This document shows, piece by piece, positions 12,633 to 26,199 of a stretch of DNA of 64,000 nt. Origin of the DNA: Kudoa neothunni (taxonomy: Eukaryota; Animalia; Cnidaria). The translations under genes and the position numbers were made by a program. The stretch is from contig OZ199839.1 in the NCBI GenBank assembly GCA_964304625.1, forward strand, positions 511,970 through 575,969, given 5' to 3'. Positions within the stretch are counted from its first letter, which is position 1; each line of letters opens with the position of its first letter. The notes below the pieces were generated by a model. The model ran no database searches and was not told where the DNA came from. It was given only the letters and a program-made list of their open reading frames with translations.

Positions 12633-14549
12633 CCCTCTAACGATTCTGGGGTAAATTTTACCCCAAAGCGATTTTGTATTGAGCATATCTTTTTATTTCA
12701 ATCTTTAAATCTCACCAAATTTTCAAATTTCCTGTAATATTCAATGATTTACTTTTAATAAAAAACTTGGAAATAACTAGTGCAAACAAAAATTTTTATT
12801 GAAATATTATCCTCTAAAGTTTTTTTGGGTAGAATGTACCCCATTTTTTATTATTTTAATGTAATTAGTATCTTGTAAATAATCAAATATTAAATTATTA
12901 GTTAAATAAAACGAATACATTTGAAGAAAACAACGAACAAAACGACTAGTTATGACGATGCGCATGCGCACATAGTGCATAATTCTAAATTAATGGCGCG
13001 AGTTATTTCATTGACTAATATACCTCATCTGGAAACGAATTTTCCGATCAAGTTATCGATGAAAATGATATATCGGACGAAGAAATTTATCTCATATATA
13101 TTTTATATATACAAAGTTCTTATGTCGTTGTGTGTGTTTGCAGAAGTACGCATGTGCCATGAAGAAACTTTTTTAAATACAACTTTTAGTCTGCATTTGA
13201 ATAGATGATACCATTAACAAAAATCGTCAATTTACTTATAAGTATAAATAAAATCAATACCGCAGTCAGAAGTAAGGAATTTTCTGGTTGGTTACATCAA
13301 TTAACAGATTCAAGAGTACCTGTATAATATATAATATTGATGTTTGTTTATTTCAGAGTGATAATTAATTAGAATGAAATTTTACTCGCGATATACTAGT
13401 TAAATCCGTTTATTTTGATATGGAATGTTTCACAACTGTTACATATGCCTGTTCGGAGTTATTTTAAGACAAATAAAACTATTAACACCATATTTACAAG
13501 AGTTGTTGCATTTCATTTAAAATTTGAAGAATAATCAAATTATTTAGGATGTATTTTCACTTTCCAAGTGTTATGTGTATAGTTAAGCGAACAAGATTAT
13601 GATCATTTTAAATTAAACACATAATTCGAAGTTAAAATTGTTGCCATGTAAGAATAATTTTGGTCTCTAAACGCATTCTAAAAATAATGTGAGATGTGGA
13701 AATTTCTTTTTATCCAATATATCGTTTGAGATAGTAACTATATTGGTCTTTTCGATATGTTTTTATTCATTTTTTGGTTTTCCTAAACTTTCTTGCAAAG
13801 CAGCTGACATAACTAATTCGAGAAATTTATATATTTGATGAGATAATTTTTTAAATAATGTTTAAATTCCTAGTAATCTAATTATTCCTTACCTCCGACC
13901 TTAAAGTTCATATTCAAATCAATATATGATTTTCTTTTCTCTAAAACTAAGTCATTATGATTTAAAGCTGCATAAAAATATGCGACGACGCATTCTACAC
14001 GTAGTTTAAGAATTTATATTTACGATTACTTTTGCATAAAATACAGTACCATCTCAATACGTGCCATGTAAGTTAATAAGAGATTATTGGTCTATTCGAT
14101 CTAGCCGATATTTTCACAAAGTTTTTGTTAATCTAAGAATAGTTCAATGCAAAGAAATTATTTGAGGGAAATCAAACAGTACGTTTATTTTTAAAAGGGT
14201 GCAATCCTTCGAGAAAACCAGTTGATATTTGAGCATTACTGTAATTCTTCCAACCAAAACACCATTACATTTTGAACTTAATCGTATTTTGATGACTAAA
14301 TTTGTATATTTTTGAACCAGTAAGTATTTTTATTAAGAAGAAAGGTTTCATTCATTTAAAAATCGGGACATTATGTTAAAATAGTGAATACGTAAGTTAA
14401 CGCTCACAACTTTTTAAAACATCATTAACATCCTTTACAAAATTGAAAAAAAGTAGTAACAATTAATATTTTTATTTCTGACGCATCTTAGGTCGATTTT
14501 ATTTTTTTTGTCATTTGTAGACTAATAATAAATTTTATAACTAGAAGGA
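12633..14549 (-). mobile_element. Degraded piggyBac element
   Basis: TTAA|CCCTCTAACGATTCTGGGGTAAATTTTACCCC terminus and heavily decayed transposase traces on the minus strand around 13500-14300; the right boundary is approximate. Confidence 0.55.
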
Positions 14550-15707
14550 TTAATTTTTGTCGCAAAATTTTGAATAGAACTGAACATCCTATTTAAGTTA
14601 TTTAATGTTGTTGTTTAAACCTCCGAGCGCCCGAAAATCGACTTTACACCTTCCTTCTTTTGGGGTCCAACGGATCACACTTTTTTAACCGGAATTATGA
14701 AAAAAATAAAATAAGTAATTCACTTAAATATAAAAGAAAATTATAGATAAAATATTGAAAAATATAACAAATATCACATCAACGATTACCAACGATAATT
14801 ACCGAAGAGTTTGCAACTTTAGAATAAACGTAAAATTCAATGATTTTAACGGCCTTTTGAATCTTATATTGTTTTAATAAATAAAAATAAAATAATTCCT
14901 TAAAAAGATTTACAATAAAGCAACGAGTGCTATAAACTTTGGATTATATCTCAAAGAATTCAAGAAGAATGTATCTCTAAGAAAATTGAATATTTGATCT
15001 CCTAAATAATTAAGGTCCGGCTTTATAGAATAAAAAGTTGTTAAAGATTTAATGGACCAAGAAACGTGGCACCCCAATATTTCCAATATTAGGCGCCATT
15101 TTGAATCCAGATTGAAAGCGTTTTTTAGCTAGAAAAAATTTAGCGATTGGAAAAAATCTAAAGCAAATACTAATCGAGACGTTTTAAATTTTGGTGTTTT
15201 CAATTAATCATATGTAATCATATTTTAATGGGACCTAGAGAAAGATGTTTTAATGTATTACCCGAGTTAAAGAGGCAACAAATCAACAGAATAAAGTTTA
15301 AAATTATAAACATCTTTTGTAAATTAGCTCTTTTAAATTCATAACAAATTTGACGAGTTGGATTGAAAACTATTACACTTTATATTAATTCTCATCAAAC
15401 TTTTACAATTTTTAATTGTCTTTTTTTGGAATAAACATCAAAAACCGACCAAAGATTATATAAACTTTATTTTTTATCATTAGTGTTTACATTTAAATCG
15501 GATGAACCACAAACTATTACATAGTTTATAGTTGATGAGATAACTGTAGGGAAAATGTTAAGAATTAAAAAATTTCAACAAATTCTAACATTATTTGCCC
15601 AAATTCAAATATAAAAGGATAAAAATCATTTTGAAGGAGAATCTTTCCAGATAATAGCTAATTAATTAATTAATTCTGTCTCATGTCAAACGTAATTTAT
15701 AGTTTGA

Positions 15708-17913
15708 TTAGTTATTATTTTCATCTTGGTCATCCTGAAGAAACAGTTCCCGCTAGAAAAATAATTATACAATTATTTATTCAAAAATATTACTTGAGTG
15801 GTTGATTTTTCTGAGTGATTAGATTCACCACCCAGATCCCATTCACATGGTTCACTCATAAACAATGAATCCTGTTGACTTTGAGATAAGAGGTCTACCT
15901 CATTTTGATACAATTGATAGATATTTGTATCGGAGTTGGAGTTTGCGTATGTGGTGAGTTCATTTGAGATAGAAGTGTTAAAATCATACAGTTGGTTTTG
16001 TTGGGAATCTGAGAAATTGGAGACGTATTCCAATGGTAGAGTAATCGACTGAGAGATATTCCCAGTGTTCTATTTCAAATAATAATAATAATGATAATAA
16101 TAACACTGCATTTAGCTTTATTCGTTCAAAAAATACAGGATTTGAATTGAAACAGCTATCCAAATAATCCCTATTCCAAATGTTACCACAACACTCAACT
16201 AATTAAAACTTACCTTTCCAATAATGACTTATTGTCAAATAAATCTTGACTATTACCTGCCAAAAATTTAAAAATTAATCTCTTCTAGTTACCATCAAAA
16301 TAAATGTCCTATTTTACCTTTTAATGTAACATTACTTTCAAAAGGATATGAGAATCGTTCTGAGTAATTGATTGAACGACTTTTTGCAGCTCTGATTTTC
16401 GCATCAAAGTAATATGTTTGAACCGAAAACAACTCATCAATCTACTCACAGAAATCGTCACAACAACTGGATATAATTTCACCAAAGCACTTTGTTAAGT
16501 TCTTTTTCGTTCAGATTGGATTGAATAAATTTCAAGTAGGAAACTCCCATTTCTAAAACCTACATCCATTAGACTATTATTATATTTTCCTATAGATACA
16601 GTAGCCATATCAAGTTTGATGTAGTTTTGAATTTGTTCAGGTAGACAGCAACGTATAGAATGAGTGCATTTTTTGATTCGTTCTCTAAATTTTTAATCAT
16701 ACTTTATTCATTTAAATTTGTTTTTATAAGTATAAACTAATTCATTTAATCAAATATAAATTGCCTTCGATTTTTTTCTTTGTTTGAATTCGAGAAACTG
16801 AATTGAGATAAAAAGGGTGAACTTTGACTCACATTCCAATCAAAAATGCAAGGTTGGGTTGAAAAAGAGTTTGAAGTGGGTTGTATAGGTTTGGGAGAAT
16901 TGAACTGACTCAATAAAGTTGAGTAAGTTGTTTGTATTGCATTGAACAGGGGTTGAGAACGATTATCAGTCTCACGCTATACAAATAATTAAATAGATCT
17001 CTGAATGAGTCTAACCTCAAGATTCAAATCGTAGTTATCCTGGTTATTATTTGAGGTTTCACACTTTGGACGATCTAGTAAAAATCAACAACTTTCATAT
17101 AACTATAATTTTTTATTGTATTTTTATTGAATATGTAAAAATGTCATAATTAAATTATTCTTATTATTAACTTGGTTTTTAATAGATAATTGTTTACTGG
17201 TAATCGTGGAATAATTCGCAGACATACTGTCATCCAGAAATATCCCAGTAATATCGTGAATCATCCCTGTGGTTATTTTATTTCCATAAAATATACGATG
17301 GAAAGATTGTTTATTGGTTAGTTTTGCGGCTAAACTAGAATAATTTTAGATCGTAGTATTTTATATTCACCAAGATCGAACGGAAGAATTAGCACTATTC
17401 GAATATTTTTATTAATGTAGGTTGGTGTTGATATTTTTTCGTCACTAATATAATATTTTTTGTGTTTTATTAATAGGATGATTAAAATTATGGATTAATA
17501 AGATTAAATAATAAATTTATTGATTAAATTTTTTAGAAAATTATGACTATTTAATCCTACTTCAACAGCAATGCTGGCATTAGAATATTATTTAAACAAT
17601 GCTCATCTGGGGTAACTACAAACATATAATCGAAATTTTCTTGTACCAATGTCACAAGAGTTTCAATTATGTTTATGATTTGAAATTTAATGGGTCTTTC
17701 ATCCACATGTTTGGACAGCCTGTTGGTGAGATTTGTTTGTAGATTTCGTTCGGATTTAACAGAAAGAAGTATTTTTATGAGATTAGTATTGATTGAATTT
17801 TCATTCTATAGATAAAATAAAACACATAATACTCGATTACGACGAGAGGGGATAATTACTGGTTGGGGGGTCGCCGCATTTGTTATCGTCGATAAGCAGC
17901 TATTGTCTTCCAT
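15708..17913 (-). CDS. SOHLH2: SOHLH2-like (spermatogenesis/oogenesis-specific) bHLH transcription factor with N-terminal receiver-like domain; 13 exons, about 473 aa
   Basis: Exons 17913-17860, 17805-17561, 17444-17371, 17329-17228, 17074-17016, 16976-16765, 16684-16600, 16559-16491, 16441-16318, 16256-16214, 16170-16137, 16069-15794 and 15752-15708 join without stops (1422 nt). The bHLH NSNKEKNRRERIKKCTHSIRCCLPEQIQNYIKLDMATVLEMGVSYLKFIQ resembles recalled SOHLH2 HSSKEKLRRERIKYCCEQLRTLLP and SOHLH1 DMASVLEM. Confidence 0.75.
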
Positions 17914-18944
17914 ATGGGTATTAGGTAAACTTGGAAACAAATTGAAATAATCCAGCCAGATTTTCCAATTACGCCGAACAACAAAAGGATACAATTTCTT
18001 TTTAATTTTGAGAAATTTGAGTTTGATTGGTTGACATAATTTTACCAATTAAACAATTAACTTTAATTAAACTAAACAAATTCAAATGATGCGAAAACAC
18101 TATGAAACCCATCATTATTGACTTATCCACTTCATCTAGAATTATATATCAAAATATATTATAATTGATGGAAATAAGATCAATAATGTGCCGACGTGAA
18201 CATGAGTCGATGGGGCAATTTACTTCTATCGATTAGAAACAATTAGGATAATTAGTTATTTGATCCGGCCAATTATTCTATTTAATTAATTGACTGTTAA
18301 AATTATACTATTAAATTTCAACCAATTTTTAATTTTAATTTTTTTAATTTAAATAATAATAATAAATTGTAATAATAATAATAATAATAGTAATGGGGTT
18401 ATCGATTCTTTTCGTATAAGTATTAAATATTAAATAATAGGCTCAATTATTTTGTGATATTCTAAGCAAATTATCTTAATTCTATTCTTTTTATATTTAA
18501 TTTTTTATTTTTACTGATGACAATAACTAATTTAATATTCTATTATACATGAATAAAACTGATTATTCTATTGAAATCTGAAATATTACTTACTCATTTA
18601 TATTCTTGAATATTTTAGCCCTCTCAAAATTAGAAACAAACCCAACGTAAAATTAGGGTAGATTTGATTTTATATTATTAAATTATACTTAAAATTATAT
18701 TATTTTACTTTTTTTTTAAATTTGAGTGGATTGAATTTGGCATAAATCAAAAAATAGTTAAAAATTAATCTTACGGTAATCCAACATTGTAATTTTAGGG
18801 TGGGTCGCTCGTTCTCGTTAATCCGCATAATGGTGATGTAAATTTCTTGTGAAAATTCAACGAAAATACTTTCTTAATTTCACTACCATATGATATCAAA
18901 ATCTATATTCAAATACTAAATTTATAAAGGGGGGTTGCAGTTTT

Positions 18945-18980
18945 CGACTAAAATCTAAAATCGATTTTAGATTTTAGTCG
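18945..18980. repeat. Perfect 36-bp palindrome CGACTAAAATCTAAAATCGATTTTAGATTTTAGTCG
   Basis: Self-reverse-complementary, checked base by base; preceded by a hAT-like GGGGTTGCAG terminus. Confidence 0.85.
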
Positions 18981-19747
18981 CCAAATTTTTAAAATAGTTT
19001 CGACGTTTATTTCCTTTAAAACACTCTAAATATTCCAAATAAAGCTGAAATAGGCGGGAACTAGATTGATGTTGATAGTATTTTTGTTGAACAAACTAAA
19101 TCAGAAAAGATGGGACACGAATTAGCCATTGGATATTGCAAAATGAAATTTTCTCCATAAAAAAATAAAATCCAGAAGCAAATAATGTCAATGAAACATA
19201 TTTCTTTAAAAGAGCGTTTCAAGACACTTCTCAACCGGTTATTTTTTAAGGGATAGAAAAAATGGAAAAATCGAGAAAAGGGAGAAAATTAAGAAAGCGT
19301 AGATTTCTGTTATTGATTCGATTGTTTTTTAATTAATATAGATAGCTATTTGATTCGATTCGACTGTACTTTCAGGCGTGCGCATAACTGAATTAGCTTA
19401 AATAGTCGTCGAATTTTTAGAAATAAGCGACGACCTCTGCTTATAAATGATAAAAAGTCATTACATTTATCAATATCCAAATACAATAAGGCGTTAATAT
19501 TCTGAGACTCGTTCTGACGTAATATAGTAGTTAAGAGATGATCGTGTAAAATCATCTCTTTTGAGATTCTTTCTTACATTTTTTTTCGATTTTTCATGGA
19601 GAAGGCAATTGTCATTCTCCATGATGTAATCTTCTCTAACAAGTTTATTCTTACTTCAAGACTCGGCCGGCAGAAGTCACGAATTTTTAAACTATTTAGA
19701 AGCAGTTGGTTTTCTTAAATGAACCTGTCAAAGTAGTCTTAGCGGTA

Positions 19748-20653
19748 CAGTGGTTAACAGATTTTCCGCGATTCCCAAGGGATTGACAAAAAAGTACGTA
19801 AAATCAGTCACTACGGATTTACATATCAGCTATGCACATGCGCAGAAAAAAAAAACAGATTTTTATTTGTTCAAACTATATCATGGACTTTAAAAATCAC
19901 TTAAATACATTAAGCAAAGTATTAATATATATTTTATATACATAATAATAGCGAATTTCTATTTGGTCTCTTAAAATTGAAAATAAAATTTTGTTATTTT
20001 TAATTTAATTTTAAGAAAATTCTTCAATGACATCTCATAACTCTCTCATTCAAATTCACACAATAAATTGTATTTTCTATTAGCATCGGCATTGGTATGT
20101 GCTTTAAATTTTGCACACAAACAATTTCTTTTTATGAAACTTTATAGGTGATATTTTAACCTCCTCATGTTCGATATCCTCCATAATTGATTATATAACT
20201 ACCTTATTTTCATTTATATCAACCATTTAATCATTTGGTATATCCTACTCGAGTATCATTTCGTCAATTTCATCCTCTTTTTATGAAATAAAAAGAAAAT
20301 AAGGTGGAAATCTCGAATTGAGGAATAATAATTGTTTTTTCATTTTTAGGAGAAAGAGTCTCCAAAGAACTTTAATATTTCATACTTATCTATAAATGTT
20401 CAACACATTTGGCTATCAGTGATCATAACTAGTGATTGCGTAAAATCCGCAAGTGGTAGAGAAATCGGAATAAATATGTGCGTAAAATTGAATCCTACGG
20501 ATTTTAAGTACTTTGACATTATTTAATATTAAATGAAGATTTTATATTTGTAAAATGGGGAATATTAATTACAATAAACCTTAGAATATACAAATTTAAT
20601 GTGATAACCAGTAAGTTGTTTTTTCAAAAGTGCGTAAAATCGATTATCGACTG
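19748..20653. mobile_element. Non-autonomous Tigger/pogo (Tc1-mariner superfamily) element
   Basis: TA|CAGTGGTTAACAGATTTTCCGCG ... TGCGTAAAATCGATTATCGACTG|TA imperfect TIRs, with repeated GCGTAAAAT subterminal motifs. Confidence 0.6.
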
Positions 20654-20759
20654 TAATAATATTAGTAGTTCTAAATATTACCACAGTCGATCAATAAATA
20701 AATTAAAAATTATTCTATTAGAGTTAAATTTTGGTAACACCTTCCGTTCCGTCACAGTA

Positions 20760-21230
20760 GGTGATAATTACGTTGTATTTTGAAGGGAAAGAATTATTTT
20801 ATACCTAAAGGAATCAGAAATAGTAATTTATAATTAGGGGGATATATGATATCAGCCCAAATGAACCCGCAACATTATTGACATTTGTGGTAGAAATAAT
20901 CGTTTGTATATCACCTTTTATAATATTGCCACATTATGAAGATAAGGGTCTCACAAACATGATCATAAAGATTAAGCCGCTGCTTGCTAACAACCATATT
21001 AATATTACAATGATTTCATCAAGAAAATCATTCGTTGACATTTTATTCGATAAAGGAACTTCTATTAATTATTATACTAAACATCTCACTTTTAAAGAGC
21101 CCATTAGCTGTATTAACTGTGGTGAAATCAGATTAATTGTTCATAAAAAAATTGGCGAATTTAAGCAAATTGTTGCAGAAAAGAAGTTTCAGTTTTTGAT
21201 TCAGCATCCAAAAAATCATCGAGCTTAAAC
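20760..21230 (-). mobile_element. Possible decayed Pif1/Helitron helicase fragment
   Basis: Minus-strand FLDEII and CGNIIKGDIQ resemble Pif1 motifs II and III; there are many stops, and (ATTC)n/(TATC)n tracts are adjacent. Confidence 0.3.
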
Positions 21231-22749
21231 TTAACAATTTTATGGATCCGGCTTGTCATTTTTTAATGACTTTGAAAACTCTTAACTTGATCATAATTAC
21301 TACTCATTCATTCATTCATTCATACATATCTATCTATCTATCTATTTATCATCTATTTATCATCTATCACTAACTGTAGTCGCTATTTTATAGCAATTAT
21401 CGCTAAAAAATCTTGGATGACGTCATTATTATTTATAATAACATTATTGCATAAATTTATGAGCCGATATTTTGAAAAGTCAAGGTGTTAACAGAACATG
21501 AATTCTTCCAAGTGTTGAATGTACATTATAGAAAATGATGTTTTTAAACGAGGCTCTGAATAAAAGAGCTAAGAATCTAATAAATGAGACAAACTCATTT
21601 TTCATATCCAGATATATCATAATTATCATTTGCTCCAAAAACTACACTAAGTTTCGTAATTTCTACATCCAGCTTATTGTAAATCACAGTATAGAATATT
21701 TAAAAGCGTCTCAAGAGCTCATATTATTATTAATATAGGAAATCAAGATGGTGAAAGATAAAGAATGTGACTTAGAAACTAAAAATCATCATTTGTTGAA
21801 ATATTTGTGTCAATGTAGTTTAGATTAATGAAAAAGAAAAACTAAAATCATTTATTCGTCAGTTTTATACACTTCTTATATAATATAATAATATGCAATA
21901 AAGTAAGTCTCAAAACTTTTTTATTTTGCATCTTATATTACAAACACATTTTTATAATATAAATAAGAAACTTTATATAAATGTTAAGGGAGTTTAGTTC
22001 AAACATCAGCCTTGGTCGGGATTAGAGAGTATCGCAAAAGTAATTCAGAAACGCTCAACCCTTAAATCAGATCGACTAAATATCTCCCCGTTATAACTTA
22101 TGTTAATATTAAATATTCTGTCGCAAAAACTCACTCAAGCATTAAAAAAAGGATCCTGAATACCAATATGTTGTCTCTCGAAAAATCGAGTAATTAATGA
22201 GAAAATCAGTGGAGTGGAATCAATCGAAAATAAATTACAATATCTTGAGATGCAAGAAAATGGTAGGAGAAATATCAGTTAATTAGAAAAGACATTTTAT
22301 TTGGTGGGAAATTTTAAACATACTTAATCCCTTCTATTTTTATTTAGCTGTCTCCAAATAATAGTAGTGCAGATTATAAAAAGTAAACTTTTAAAGTTGC
22401 ACCTAAATATTATTTTCTGTAATGAAAAACTAAAAATTAAACAATACAGTTCTCTTAATGTTGCATAAATTAATGCGAAAAAGACTGTTCAACATTGTGG
22501 ATGCGCAGTGCTGACGCGCAACTACGTCAAGTTGTGTTTTTAATAGTACGCAAAATTCGATTTCCCAAGTGTGAATTAATTAGTTAAATAAGTTGAATTG
22601 TAAACAGTGTTCCCCCGAAATTTAAACAAATTGAATACAAGCCGAGAGCATTAATCGTAAAACCACGTTATCGATTTTCGGCTGGCTTATAAGTTGTTGG
22701 TTCGGCTGTGGTTGTTGACTTAACCAGATCGTGTACATATAAAAGAACA

Positions 22750-24495
22750 ATGGCAGGAATATATAATGAGAATGGATCGAATATGGCTGGTGGTGAAGTG
22801 GACGAGTACGACAAGAATGTGGAAATATGGAAAATGAAAAAATTGATCAAATCGCTTGAACAAGCAAGAGGGTAAATAGAGAAACATTAGCTGAGGGGGT
22901 TGATGATGGTTCAAAAATGTTAATAATACATCTTTCTATTTAGTAATGGCACAAGTATGATTTCGTTGGTGATTCCTCCAAAGGATCAAATTTCTCGAAT
23001 TTCAAAAATGTTGGGAGACGAATACGGTACAGCATCCAACATCAAATCTCGAGTGAATCGTTTATCGGTTCTTGGTGCGATAACTTCGGTCACCCAACGT
23101 CTCAAACTCTATCAAAAAGTTCCTCCAAATGGGTTGGTAGTTTATTGTGGTACTATTTTGACGTCGGAAGGCAAAGAAAAGAAGGTCAACATTGATTTTG
23201 AGCCGTTCAAGCCGATTAACACCTCTCTCTACATGTGTGACAACAAGTTTCACACTCAGGCGCTGTCCGATCTATTGGATGATGACAACAAATTTGGATT
23301 TATAATTATTGATGGTAATGGTGCACTGTTTGGTTCGGTAAGCGGAAATGCACGCGAAGTTATTCACAAGTTTACTGTGGATCTTCCAAAGAAGCACGGT
23401 CGTGGAGGTCAATCAGCTTTACGTTTTTCTCGTTTACGTATGGAACGTCGCCATAACTACGTAAGAAAAGTTGCGGAAACTGCGGTTCAAATGTTCATCG
23501 TTAATGATAAAGTAAATATTTCATTTCTTTACTGTTAGAAATTGGTGTTTAAATTTGAGAAGAGATTTGGTTTCGATAATCTACAAATTTTTGGTTGTTA
23601 GGTTAGTGTTACTGGTATTATATTGGCTGGATCGGCTGATTTCAAAACCGAATTGGGCCAATCGGATCTTCTAGATCAAGTACAGCGTTATTATGTGTAT
23701 TTAAGCTGAATTTAGCAATTTTTTAGCGTTTACAAGCCAAAATTCTTAAAATCGTTGATATCTCTTATGGCAGTGAAAACGGTTTCAATCAAGCGATTGA
23801 TCTATCGCAGGATGTAATGAGCGGAGTCAAATTCGTGCATGAGAAAAAACTTATCAATCGCTATTTTGAGGAGATTTCTATCGAAACTGGAAAATACTGT
23901 TACGGTATCGATGAGACTATGCGTCTCATGGAGATGGGTGCTGTTGAAATACTTATTATATGGGAGAATCTGGATTGCCATCGATACATTTTAAAAAATA
24001 CGCTAACCAACGGTAGATTAGATTGTTGTTGTGTTGATGGAACTGTGATTTTAATGATTCAATTCAAATACAGACGAAAATGTGGCACTTCTCACATCCA
24101 AACAAGAAAGCAATCACAACAACTTTATCGATCCAACTGTAGTTTTGTTTTTGTGTTGGCCGGTCCATTTTTACCGGTTGTGAATAGACAAAATCCGAAT
24201 TGGAAATTGTGGACAAAACATTACTTGTTGAATGGTTAGCTGAAAATTACCGAAACTATGGTATCATATTATTCATTAATTTGGCTGTTGAGTTGATATT
24301 GATTGTTGTTCTTATTGGGTTATTATAGGAACCCATCTGGAAATTATCACGGATAAATCACCCGAAGGTTCTCAATTCTGTAAAGGTTTTGGTGGAATTG
24401 GTGCGATCCTTCGTTACAAAGTGGAAGGAGTTATTTTCGATGATGCCTACGATCTCCAGGATGAATACGATGACTTTGATGATGGAGTCTACTGA
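22750..24495 (+). CDS. ETF1: Eukaryotic peptide chain release factor subunit 1 (eRF1), 7 exons, about 452 aa
   Basis: Exons 22750-22871, 22944-23511, 23602-23679, 23727-24012, 24074-24138, 24188-24260 and 24329-24495. GTS, TASNIKS, YMCDNKF, GGQS and [11 protein letters not shown] motifs are present. Confidence 0.97.
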
Positions 24496-25715
24496 ACTAG
24501 TTTTATAGGTGTATGATTTAGTGTTTAAACTTTTCACTTTTAACAACGTTGTTGTTATTTTGAATGAGTGAATCAATTTGAGGTTTTATTTGGACATTGT
24601 TATTTGAATTATGAATTCCGAAATCTGAATTGGGGTCAAGACGCCGTCGTAATTATTTAGGCGTTATTTTCTGTTGATTTAAAATCGGTTTGTGATAGCC
24701 AACCGAACAGAATTGTTTCGGTGGGGTTCTTTGTTAGTTAGTTTTGCTAAGATTTCTACTGAATTTTTTTGCGATAAGAAACGACAGTTATCGTTGTTTA
24801 TTTACAGTAGTTTAGGGATACTAGGCATTTTTTGAGACAATTTTAGGTGCGTAATACTCCTATAGTATGCTGTACGCTGTATCTTTCCATGTTTGCGCGC
24901 AAGTCATCTACAATATACTTATACTAGCTAGGGTCGCACCGATACCATGTTCTACACATATACGCATGCTGACATTTTAAATTTCAATTGTTTTAGACGT
25001 TTGTTGTATTCCAACGAGATTACGCCAAAATTTTTAGTCGTTCAAAAAAAAGTTTTAATTCTCTAAGTTTACTGGTTTTACTTAATAAGGGAACCTAACT
25101 GATTGATTGATTGATTTTACGTGGTAGTGGTAATGTATGCGGCACCTAAACAACGTCCTCTTGCGCATGTTTTATCACGTTACATTTTTCACGATTCTTG
25201 ATAATAAATAAAGTAAAAGAATAATGACGTCAAAATTTTGAGAATTTTTCATTCGAACGCGGTCGGGTAATAGGATACACGTGTAATCTCCATCTTTTTT
25301 TCAATAAAATTTGAATTATTTTGTTTCTTTCTGAGTTATTTATTCAAAAGTTATTTATTATTATTATTATTATTCAGATTTCTTGCTATTGATTTATAAC
25401 AATTTTATATAAACTATCTTTAAAAATATACTTTTTGCAAATTTTACATAAACATCACATTTGTCACTTTAATAAAATACCTTAAGAACTTTATAGTATA
25501 GATATTAATGTAGTAAGGTTCGTTTTAGTTTTTGATTTTTTTCTTAAGTTTTTGGTTAAAAATTAAAAAATTATTCTGTTTTTATTATTAAAATTCAAGA
25601 ACTTAATTTTTAAAAATGATTATATTAATTTTTTATCTTGAAGTATGTGTAAAACATTGAAGAAAATTTTGAATTACATTTTTATTATTTTATAGGTTTT
25701 TTTATATTCTAAAGT

Positions 25716-25744
25716 ATAATAATAATAATAATAATAATAATAAT
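25716..25744. repeat. (AAT)n microsatellite
   Basis: Direct reading. Confidence 0.85.
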
Positions 25745-26199
25745 TGTGAATATTTCATGACGTAAACACAATATGTTAACTAAAAGGTAGTATTTTTATC
25801 GGTACTCATATAATTGACTATAACTAATAATTTTTTGTTTTTTTTTATAACACATTTTCATGCTTATCGAATGCTACACTAAACACACACGTTAGAATTA
25901 CTCTTAAAAAGTATTAACTTCCTATAATCTACCTTAAATTAGTTCCCTATTAAAATTAAGTGTTGATCTAAAATGTAATGTTGATTAATTATTGAAAAAA
26001 CACATCAGCTCAAAGAAAATTAAGAAAATATATTTTGAGATCACGTGGTTATCTTCTCGCCTTTAAATTATTCATGCTTAAAACCTATATAATTAAATTT
26101 GATATTATCAAATTTGTGTTTTTATTGTAAATAATATGAAATAGAAACAATGTTTGAGTGTTTTTCAAAACAAATTAGAGATCAATTCAATGTTGGTTG

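Noticed and set aside
14780-15350. MULE transposase remnant (a similar weak signal lies at 31300-32150)
   Set aside because: Too degraded; no TIR/TSD or clear catalytic motifs.
22944-23260. eRF1 as a sign of stop-codon reassignment
   Set aside because: GTS, TASNIKS and YxCxxxF are canonical, and the reconstructed intact genes need no in-frame stops.
24490-24515. Programmed readthrough at the eRF1 stop (autoregulation)
   Set aside because: The context is TGA-ACTAG, not the known TGA-CTAG motif, and there is no other support.
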